Source of the DNA: Diplonema japonicum
Taxonomy: Eukaryota; Protista; Euglenozoa: Diplonemea
Direction of reading: 5' to 3'
NCBI GenBank assembly: GCA_964019335.1
Contig: OZ025774.1
Location: 1-34,678 of the forward strand
Length of the DNA stretch: 34,678 bases
The stretch's first letter is position 1, and each line of letters begins with the position of its first letter. Below are positions 24,876-34,678 of this stretch, piece by piece. The notes under the pieces are model-generated. The model worked only from the letters and a program-made list of their open reading frames with translations, was not told the DNA's origin and ran no database searches. Both the position numbers and the translations under genes were made by a program.

Positions 24876-25167
24876 CGTAGCATATGCATTGCACAAGAGC
24901 AGTGGCTCTCTGCATAGCTTAGGATACTCTGTTAGTGATGGTGGTGTAGAGTGAGTAGCTCTGGTGTATCAGAACACTCTCACCCTGCTCAACACAGACC
25001 TGCTGCTCTTCAGTGGCTGTGTCTCCATAGCAGCTGTGCATAGCCACACCATGCACACACCCGTGGCTGCAGCACTACAGCTACTACTGATAGTACTACT
25101 GGCATTGGTCTTCCTGGTAGTACAGTGCTGTGAGTACTTACATCTGTATTGATGTGTCTACAGCAGA
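24876..25167 (+). CDS. cox3: Cytochrome c oxidase subunit 3, internal module
   Basis: The frame is open from 24868 to 25188 with TGA=Trp. TLLNTDLLLFSG...LLLIVLLALVFLVVQCCEY matches the Cox3 pattern PLLNTxxLLxSG...LxxTxxLAxxFxxxQxxEY. Both ends approximate. Confidence 0.88.
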
Positions 25168-25273
25168 GCATGAGTATGATACTACAGCTAGTACTATGGA
25201 TATACTACTGATAGTATTGGTAGCACTACATGCATTGGCATGAGTACTTACCATTGTACTTACTACAGTAGAT

Positions 25274-25428
25274 ACGGTAGCAGTGCTGGTGCTGACATGG
25301 CTACTCATGATGGGCATTGCCTTCATGGGATATGTGCTACCATGAGGGCTCATGTCTTACTGAGCACTGACAGTCATCACTAACCTAATGACAGTGGTGC
25401 CCTGCATTGGTGTAGATGTACTGTGTTA
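25274..25428 (+). CDS. cob: Apocytochrome b module covering helix C and cd1/cd2 (the earlier piece in protein order); not in the ORF track
   Basis: [46 protein letters not shown], with TGA=Trp at 25343 and 25361, matches the Cob pattern [23 protein letters not shown]...P.IG. The 5' edge lies between ~25274 and 25289. Confidence 0.96.
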
Positions 25429-25548
25429 GCTAGACAGTGTCTGTACTCCCAGGATATACATGCCTGTGCTCTCTGTACTACTGGTAGCACTACATGCATT
25501 GGCATGAGTACTTACCACTGTACTTACTGATAGTATGACAGGATGTAC

Positions 25549-25655
25549 TCACCATCTGTAGAGCTAGAGGATACTGATACCTGCTGCTTACAGTATCCAT
25601 GCTGTCTACTCTACTGGTGTAGTTAGCTGTGCATGTGCCCATGCTCATACTCCTG
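25549..25655. other. Unassigned unique ~105-nt stretch, candidate small module
   Basis: Non-repetitive island between spacer motifs in cassette B. No family recognised. Confidence 0.4.
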
Positions 25656-28600
25656 TGTTAGCTAGGAATGGTATGAGTACTTACCATTGTACTTACTACA
25701 GGATATCCTATTGATAGTACTACGGATGTACTTCCCTAGAGAGAGCACACCATCATCCTCATGACTAGGATATGGTATGAGATACTCTCTGTAGTACTGG
25801 TGGTATTCCCACAGGCATTGTTGCCTAGGATGTACACCACCACCATTCCCTTCTCTAGGGATAATGGAGTAGCTACAGTATGAGGTACATGGTTGGTAGA
25901 GTATACCGCCACCATCCTCATGACTAGGATATGAGGTACATGGTTACTAGAGTATACTGCCAGCATACTCTGTAGATGGTATGGCTAGAGAGCACAGCTG
26001 CTCTTCTAGTAGATAATACCTCTACTCTGTACATCCCATGATCCATGCATGACATGATCTATGGTAATGGTACCGTTAGTGGTATGCTCCATGATGTCAT
26101 GGCTAGAGAGATGGTGTGTTCTCCCCACTCTCTGGATATGCTGGCATCCTTAGGATGTACCATCATGCCATGATATGATAATACTACTACTATGATAAGT
26201 AGGCATACACACTGTGTTAGTGCTAGTACATGTATATCATATACTGTATGTACTACTACACAGAGTACTTACATGATAAGTAGTATGCTGGTATCTCTAC
26301 AGACACTCTCAGGATGTGGTGGTGTCTAGAGATGGTGGTCCAAGCTAGGGATCCTGGGATCTCTAGAGGTTGGGTCTCCACCCCTGGGATCCTGGGATCT
26401 AGAGAAGGGGTCCCCATCCCCAGGATGATGTCATGAGGGGATGAGTAGGGTTATGATACCATTAATACAGTTAGTACATCATTATGTAATACTAGTATTA
26501 TGCATGTACATATATCCCCCGTATACATGGGATAGATATATGATACATACACAGTACTTACATAGTATGTAATGATAGTATTATAGGTGGTAATAGGAGG
26601 GTATATTGAGGGGTCCCAGAAGGGCTGGATAAGGGGGCATGCTAGGGGTTTACGTCCCTGTAGCCCTCCGATTCCTGAACCCCTTCAGGGCTGTATCGGG
26701 TGAATTCGTAGAATTACCCCGTAGGAGCCCTGGAATGGTTTACGTCCCTGTAGCCCTCCAATATTGGGACACCTCTCTGGGCTCCTACGGGTGATTTCTG
26801 CAAATTAACCCGCTACGTCCCAGAGAATATCTACGTCCCTGTAGCCCTCCAATTCCTGAAACCCTTGTGGGACACTACGTAAGAATTATGCAAATTACCT
26901 CGCTATATCCCCCACGCGCGCGCGCGCGCGTAAGGATAACTGTTAGGATAGTAAGGTGCCCCCAAGGTGTCCCCAAAGGGGGTAGGGTATAGGACCCCAA
27001 TATAAGGGGTACAGAGAGGGGGGTTAGGATAAGGGTCTAATACATAGGGGTTAGTACCAGTGGTTAGACAAGGGGTTAGTTAGTAGACAGTGTGTAGGGG
27101 CTAATACCACAGTATACAAGGGATAATGTACTACCCCCATACCAGTGGTTACATACTCTCTGCTAACAGTGTGTGTCTCTGGTAACAGTGTGTGTCTCTG
27201 CTAACAGGTACTTACTACAGGCCCCCATACGTGCCCTGCTATGGAATCCCCTGTTATGAGATACCACTACCAGACACCCTACTTGTGCTACCCCCAGAGA
27301 ACACACCCTTCTGCTGGTGTTCCTGTTAGTTGGTGTTATCCCCAGATGTATAGCTACACCCTTCTGGAGCACTGCTTGTGCTACTACATGTATTACTACA
27401 CACTGTCTGTGTTACTCTCTGTGTTAGTGTGTAGTGTGTTACTGTACTTAGCTAAACAGTGTGCTTCCTCTTGTATGTTATGGATATCAGTACCTCTGGA
27501 TGTACTCCCCACAGGCCTCCGTACCTCTGCTAACAGGTCCTAGCATCCCTAATCCCAGGATCTAAGGGTTCCAAGGGGTCCCAATCTAGGGGTTTACGTC
27601 CCTGTAGCTATGCAATTCCTGAAACCCTTGTGGGACACTACGGACGAATTCGTAGAATTACCTCGCTATATCCCCCACGCGCGCGCGCGCGCGTAAGGAC
27701 ATGAGTCCATATACAGGTCTCTACACCCTAATCCCCAGGTTAAAGCACCCTTTCTAAGGATACCTCTGTACAGCACACCCGTTATCAGGGGTTACACACT
27801 CTCTGCTGTTCTCTGATAATGTGTAGTTACTGTACTTACTGTTATCCCATGCATACTGTGGTATTACGTACTTCACACTGTCTATGTTCCTGTGTTATGG
27901 TACTTAGCTAAACAGTGTGTCTGTACTACCACCTGTATATGCTCCCCACAGGTATCCCAGATGTATAGCCACACCCTTATGGGATGATGTACTTACTATT
28001 AACATGTACTTCCATAGTTACTTACTTAGATACACTGTGTGAATACTGGTGCAACAACATATTCACTGTGTTACACTGTCTGTACTAATGGTAGCACTAC
28101 ATGTCCCTAATACTACAGTATACAAGGGATAATGTACTACCTACATATTACTAGATATACCCTGTACACCTAGATACCCCTTTTAGGCCTGAAATGAGGT
28201 CCGAGGCTCACCGGGCCTTTTCCCAAAAAGGGGATATCATTTCTCAGAATTGGTCTGGGACCATTCCCTTGAGTCTTCGAATAGAATGAGGTACCTACCA
28301 ATAAAGTGGTATTTTGGGTATGCCCATAATCACCCCATATGACCTATCCTCTAGACACCCTATTATCTATGGTAGTACTACATGCCTCCATTGTGCTCTA
28401 TGCACTACATACTATGTATTCCCTACGTACATACAGTATGTATTGGTGTGCATGATATGGTATACAGTACATGGCACTGCATCCTGTGCATTGGTGCCAT
28501 TGCCTGTGCTACTAGATATGCCCCTGTTCCTATCCTTCGTACTTCTCCAGATTAGTGGTTTATTTAGTTCTCATGATTCCACTACTTCTGGTATCACTAC

Positions 28601-30311
28601 CCTTCTCAGGATGCCTCTGTACTACTGACAGCACTAGATATCATAGTTAGCACAGTATGTATCCCCTGTGCTCTATGCACTACATACTATGTATTCCCTA
28701 TGTACATACAGTATGTATTGGTGTGCATGATATCATATACAGTACATGGCACCACCACAGCTACTGGTGGTATTACCTGTGTTAGCTAGAGATGGTGTAG
28801 TTCCATACTCCTGGTATTCTCTGAGTTAGTACTTCTAGTATTCCACAGGTTCCTCCACTCTCAGGATACCTGTGCTACTGATGTCATACTATGTACTAGC
28901 CATGATACCTATGACAGTACTACATGCATCCATTGCACATGTAGCACTACACAGGATATATGCTCATGCATACTGTGTGTGTACTGGTGGTAGGATATGC
29001 TCTATGCCACACACTCAGTGTATTGGTGGCATTACCTGTGTTAGTACTCCTGGTATTCCACTGGTTCCATACTCCTGTGTTCTCAGGGAATGGTGCCACT
29101 AGATATCTACTGCACAGCTAACATGGCATCTCCTTCTGTACTATGCCATGGTATGTACTACAGGATGTACTACATGCATCCATTGCACATGTAGCACTAC
29201 ACAGGATATATGCTCATGCATACTGTGTGTATTGGTGTGCATGATATCATATACAGTACATGGCACTGCATCCTGTGCATTGGTGCCATTGCCTGTGCTA
29301 CTAGGATACCTCCGTACTTCCCTAGTTCCATACTCCTGGTATTCTCTGAGTTAGTACTTTCCCTAACTTAGGGTTACCACTACTCTCAGGATATCTCTGT
29401 ACTACTGACAGCACTAGATATCATAGTTAGCACAGTATGTATCCCCTGTGCTCTATGCACTACATACTATGTATTCCCTATGTACATACAGTATGTATTG
29501 GTGTGCATGATATCATATACAGTACATGGCACCACCACAGCTACTGGTGGTATTACCTGTGTTAGCTAGAGATGGTGTAGTTCCATACTCCTGGTATTCT
29601 CTGAGTTAGTACTTCTAGTATTCCACAGGTTCCTCCACTCTCAGGATACCTGTGCTACTGATATCATACTATGTACTAGCCATGATACCTATGACAGTAC
29701 TACATGCATCCATTGCACATGTAGCACTACACAGGATATATGCTCATGCATACTGTGTGTGTACTGGTGGTAGGATATGCTCTATGCCACACACTCAGTG
29801 TATTGGTGGCATTACCTGTGTTAGTACTCCTGGTATTCCACTGGTTCCATACTCCTGTGTTCTCAGGGAATGGTGCCACTAGATATCTACTGCACAGCTA
29901 ACATGGCATCTCCTTCTGTACTATGCCATGGTATGTACTACTGATATCATACTATCTGTATTGGGGATACATCCTCTGTGTGTCTGCCCATACTTAGGAT
30001 AGTACTGCTTAGAGGTATTCATGCTTAGTTAGTATCCTTACCAGCATGTTCTCCTCATTATGAGGTACATGGTTGGTAGAGTATACCGCCACCATCCTCA
30101 TGAGATGGTATGGCTAGAGAGCACACCACATCCTTGGGATGCATTGGTGTGTGTACTCCCAGGATATGACATGCCTGTACTCTCTGTACTACTGATAGTA
30201 CTACATGCATTACCTGTGCTAGCTAGGAATGGCATGAGTACTTACCATTGTACTTACTACTGGATATACTACTGACAGTACTACATGCTTTCATGGTGTA
30301 CATGACCTAGC

Positions 30312-30532
30312 ATTGCTGAGGAGGCTACTTCATTACCACCATCACAGTGCAGAGGATGTTCACAGTGCACTTCCTTCTGCCCTTCGTAGTGCTAGCAGCA
30401 GTGATGGCTCATCTGCTATGCCTTCATTACATGGGATCAAGCAGTGCTAGCACATCACCAGGCACAGCTGTAGATGCTGATGCCTTCCTCATGTACTACT
30501 ACAAGGATGCAGTGTCTGTCTTAGCTGTGGCA
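30312..30532 (+). CDS. cob: cob helix D module, copy 2
   Basis: Same as 24555-24775. Confidence 0.96.
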
Positions 30533-30632
30533 TAAGCAGGAGCATCTCCTTCTCTGCTTAGCTAGGATATACTACTGACAGTACTGATAGTACTACATGC
30601 ATTCTCCTGTACTACTAGAGATAGTATGAGTA

Positions 30633-30924
30633 CGTAGCATATGCATTGCACAAGAGCAGTGGCTCTCTGCATAGCTTAGGATACTCTGTTAGTGATGGTG
30701 GTGTAGAGTGAGTAGCTCTGGTGTATCAGAACACTCTCACCCTGCTCAACACAGACCTGCTGCTCTTCAGTGGCTGTGTCTCCATAGCAGCTGTGCATAG
30801 CCACACCATGCACACACCCGTGGCTGCAGCACTACAGCTACTACTGATAGTACTACTGGCATTGGTCTTCCTGGTAGTACAGTGCTGTGAGTACTTACAT
30901 CTGTATTGATGTGTCTACAGCAGA
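30633..30924 (+). CDS. cox3: cox3 internal module, copy 2
   Basis: Same as 24876-25167. Confidence 0.88.
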
Positions 30925-31030
30925 GCATGAGTATGATACTACAGCTAGTACTATGGATATACTACTGATAGTATTGGTAGCACTACATGCATTGGCATGA
31001 GTACTTACCATTGTACTTACTACAGTAGAT

Positions 31031-31185
31031 ACGGTAGCAGTGCTGGTGCTGACATGGCTACTCATGATGGGCATTGCCTTCATGGGATATGTGCTACCAT
31101 GAGGGCTCATGTCTTACTGAGCACTGACAGTCATCACTAACCTAATGACAGTGGTGCCCTGCATTGGTGTAGATGTACTGTGTTA
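31031..31185 (+). CDS. cob: cob helix C module, copy 2
   Basis: Same as 25274-25428. Confidence 0.96.
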
Positions 31186-31305
31186 GCTAGACAGTGTCTG
31201 TACTCCCAGGATATACATGCCTGTGCTCTCTGTACTACTGGTAGCACTACATGCATTGGCATGAGTACTTACCACTGTACTTACTGATAGTATGACAGGA
31301 TGTAC

Positions 31306-31412
31306 TCACCATCTGTAGAGCTAGAGGATACTGATACCTGCTGCTTACAGTATCCATGCTGTCTACTCTACTGGTGTAGTTAGCTGTGCATGTGCCCATG
31401 CTCATACTCCTG
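31306..31412. other. Unassigned unique stretch, copy 2
   Basis: Same as 25549-25655. Confidence 0.4.
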
Positions 31413-34400
31413 TGTTAGCTAGGAATGGTATGAGTACTTACCATTGTACTTACTACAGGATATCCTATTGATAGTACTACGGATGTACTTCCCTAGAGAG
31501 AGCACACCATCATCCTCATGACTAGGATATGGTATGAGATACTCTCTGTAGTACTGGTGGTATTCCCACAGGCATTGTTGCCTAGGATGTACACCACCAC
31601 CATTCCCTTCTCTAGGGATAATGGAGTAGCTACAGTATGAGGTACATGGTTGGTAGAGTATACCGCCACCATCCTCATGACTAGGATATGAGGTACATGG
31701 TTACTAGAGTATACTGCCAGCATACTCTGTAGATGGTATGGCTAGAGAGCACAGCTGCTCTTCTAGTAGATAATACCTCTACTCTGTACATCCCATGATC
31801 CATGCATGACATGATCTATGGTAATGGTACCGTTAGTGGTATGCTCCATGATGTCATGGCTAGAGAGATGGTGTGTTCTCCCCACTCTCTGGATATGCTG
31901 GCATCCTTAGGATGTACCATCATGCCATGATATGATAATACTACTACTATGATAAGTAGGCATACACACTGTGTTAGTGCTAGTACATGTATATCATATA
32001 CTGTATGTACTACTACACAGAGTACTTACATGATAAGTAGTATGCTGGTATCTCTACAGACACTCTCAGGATGTGGTGGTGTCTAGAGATGGTGGTCCAA
32101 GCTAGGGATCCTGGGATCTCTAGAGGTTGGGTCTCCACCCCTGGGATCCTGGGATCTAGAGAAGGGGTCCCCATCCCCAGGATGATGTCATGAGGGGATG
32201 AGTAGGGTTATGATACCATTAATACAGTTAGTACATCATTATGTAATACTAGTATTATGCATGTACATATATCCCCCGTATACATGGGATAGATATATGA
32301 TACATACACAGTACTTACATAGTATGTAATGATAGTATTATAGGTGGTAATAGGAGGGTATATTGAGGGGTCCCAGAAGGGCTGGATAAGGGGGCATGCT
32401 AGGGGTTTACGTCCCTGTAGCCCTCCGATTCCTGAACCCCTTCAGGGCTGTATCGGGTGAATTCGTAGAATTACCCCGTAGGAGCCCTGGAATGGTTTAC
32501 GTCCCTGTAGCCCTCCAATATTGGGACACCTCTCTGGGCTCCTACGGGTGATTTCTGCAAATTAACCCGCTACGTCCCAGAGAATATCTACGTCCCTGTA
32601 GCCCTCCAATTCCTGAAACCCTTGTGGGACACTACGTAAGAATTATGCAAATTACCTCGCTATATCCCCCACGCGCGCGCGCGCGCGTAAGGATAACTGT
32701 TAGGATAGTAAGGTGCCCCCAAGGTGTCCCCAAAGGGGGTAGGGTATAGGACCCCAATATAAGGGGTACAGAGAGGGGGGGTTAGGATAAGGGTCTAATA
32801 CATAGGGGTTAGTACCAGTGGTTAGACAAGGGGTTAGTTAGTAGACAGTGTGTAGGGGCTAATACCACAGTATACAAGGGATAATGTACTACCCCCATAC
32901 CAGTGGTTACATACTCTCTGCTAACAGTGTGTGTCTCTGGTAACAGTGTGTGTCTCTGCTAACAGGTACTTACTACAGGCCCCCATACGTGCCCTGCTAT
33001 GGAATCCCCTGTTATGAGATACCACTACCAGACACCCTACTTGTGCTACCCCCAGAGAACACACCCTTCTGCTGGTGTTCCTGTTAGTTGGTGTTATCCC
33101 CAGATGTATAGCTACACCCTTCTGGAGCACTGCTTGTGCTACTACATGTATTACTACACACTGTCTGTGTTACTCTCTGTGTTAGTGTGTAGTGTGTTAC
33201 TGTACTTAGCTAAACAGTGTGCTTCCTCTTGTATGTTATGGATATCAGTACCTCTGGATGTACTCCCCACAGGCCTCCGTACCTCTGCTAACAGGTCCTA
33301 GCATCCCTAATCCCAGGATCTAAGGGTTCCAAGGGGTCCCAATCTAGGGGTTTACGTCCCTGTAGCTATGCAATTCCTGAAACCCTTGTGGGACACTACG
33401 GACGAATTCGTAGAATTACCTCGCTATATCCCCCACGCGCGCGCGCGCGCGTAAGGACATGAGTCCATATACAGGTCTCTACACCCTAATCCCCAGGTTA
33501 AAGCACCCTTTCTAAGGATACCTCTGTACAGCACACCCGTTATCAGGGGTTACACACTCTCTGCTGTTCTCTGATAATGTGTAGTTACTGTACTTACTGT
33601 TATCCCATGCATACTGTGGTATTACGTACTTCACACTGTCTATGTTCCTGTGTTATGGTACTTAGCTAAACAGTGTGTCTGTACTACCACCTGTATATGC
33701 TCCCCACAGGTATCCCAGATGTATAGCCACACCCTTATGGGATGATGTACTTACTATTAACATGTACTTCCATAGTTACTTACTTAGATACACTGTGTGA
33801 ATACTGGTGCAACAACATATTCACTGTGTTACACTGTCTGTACTAATGGTAGCACTACATGTCCCTAATACTACAGTATACAAGGGATAATGTACTACCT
33901 ACATATTACTAGATATACCCTGTACACCTAGATACCCCTTTTAGGCCTGAAATGAGGTCCGAGGCTCACCGGGCCTTTTCCCAAAAAGGGGATATCATTT
34001 CTCAGAATTGGTCTGGGACCATTCCCTTGAGTCTTCGAATAGAATGAGGTACCTACCAATAAAGTGGTATTTTGGGTATGCCCATAATCACCCCATATGA
34101 CCTATCCTCTAGACACCCTATTATCTATGGTAGTACTACATGCCTCCATTGTGCTCTATGCACTACATACTATGTATTCCCTACGTACATACAGTATGTA
34201 TTGGTGTGCATGATATGGTATACAGTACATGGCACTGCATCCTGTGCATTGGTGCCATTGCCTGTGCTACTAGATATGCCCCTGTTCCTATCCTTCGTAC
34301 TTCTCCAGATTAGTGGTTTATTTAGTTCTCATGATTCCACTACTTCTGGTATCACTACCCTTCTCAGGATGCCTCTGTACTACTGACAGCACTAGATATC

Positions 34401-34678
34401 ATAGTTAGCACAGTATGTATCCCCTGTGCTCTATGCACTACATACTATGTATTCCCTATGTACATACAGTATGTATTGGTGTGCATGATATCATATACAG
34501 TACATGGCACCACCACAGCTACTGGTGGTATTACCTGTGTTAGCTAGAGATGGTGTAGTTCCATACTCCTGGTATTCTCTGAGTTAGTACTTCTAGTATT
34601 CCACAGGTTCCTCCACTCTCAGGATACCTGTGCTACTGATGTCATACTATGTACTAGCCATGATACCTATGACAGTAC

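Larger units (their letters stand above)
24520..25781. other. Cassette B (chromosome-specific region; copy at +5757)
   Basis: Replaces cassette A between the same constant-region flanks. Confidence 0.85.
24148..29904. repeat. Chromosome unit 5 (type B, cob/cox3/cob cassette), 5757 bp
   Basis: Same constant-region family with a different cassette. It has one copy of the ~294-bp repeat instead of two and one fewer ~256-bp subrepeat. Confidence 0.95.
29905..34678. repeat. Chromosome unit 6 (type B), truncated by window end
   Basis: Copy of unit 5 at offset 5757, becoming 5758 after a G homopolymer difference near 32775. Confidence 0.95.

Noticed and set aside
431-25428. Decayed pseudogenes or a nuclear NUMT/satellite
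   Set aside because: The fragments have clean frames with conserved functional residues, the two cob pieces abut almost exactly in protein coordinates, and the cassette/backbone layout fits functional modules. A recent nuclear insertion cannot be fully excluded without read data.
1-34678. tRNA genes and group I/II introns
   Set aside because: No cloverleaf or intron core motifs seen by eye next to any module; no covariance search was run.

Overview
This window is not bacterial. It looks like multipartite mitochondrial DNA of a diplonemid (Euglenozoa; Diplonema/Rhynchopus type), laid out as a head-to-tail concatemer of about 6 copies of roughly 6-kb circular chromosomes: 1-6041, 6042-12065, 12066-18106, 18107-24147, 24148-29904 and 29905-34678 (partial). 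Each unit is a ~4.5-5 kb repetitive non-coding constant region plus a ~1-1.3 kb unique cassette of gene pieces (modules), read with TGA=Trp. Cassette A (units 1-4) holds an internal nad4 piece (+) and a highly divergent nad3-like piece (-). Cassette B (units 5-6) holds two consecutive cob pieces in reversed order, a cox3 piece between them, and a ~100-nt unassigned unique stretch. No gene is complete, so mature mRNAs must be assembled from pieces; module trans-splicing with RNA editing is the established mechanism in diplonemid mitochondria. The overall system is therefore known rather than new. Points worth checking are the scrambled cob pair with a predictable junction, a natural cob G143A-equivalent, loss of conserved Nad3 residues, invariant (CG)8 tracts in a nested hairpin array (candidate origin), and whether the A-to-B concatemer is real or an assembly chimera. 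Module boundaries are approximate, and all protein calls are by eye without database searches.
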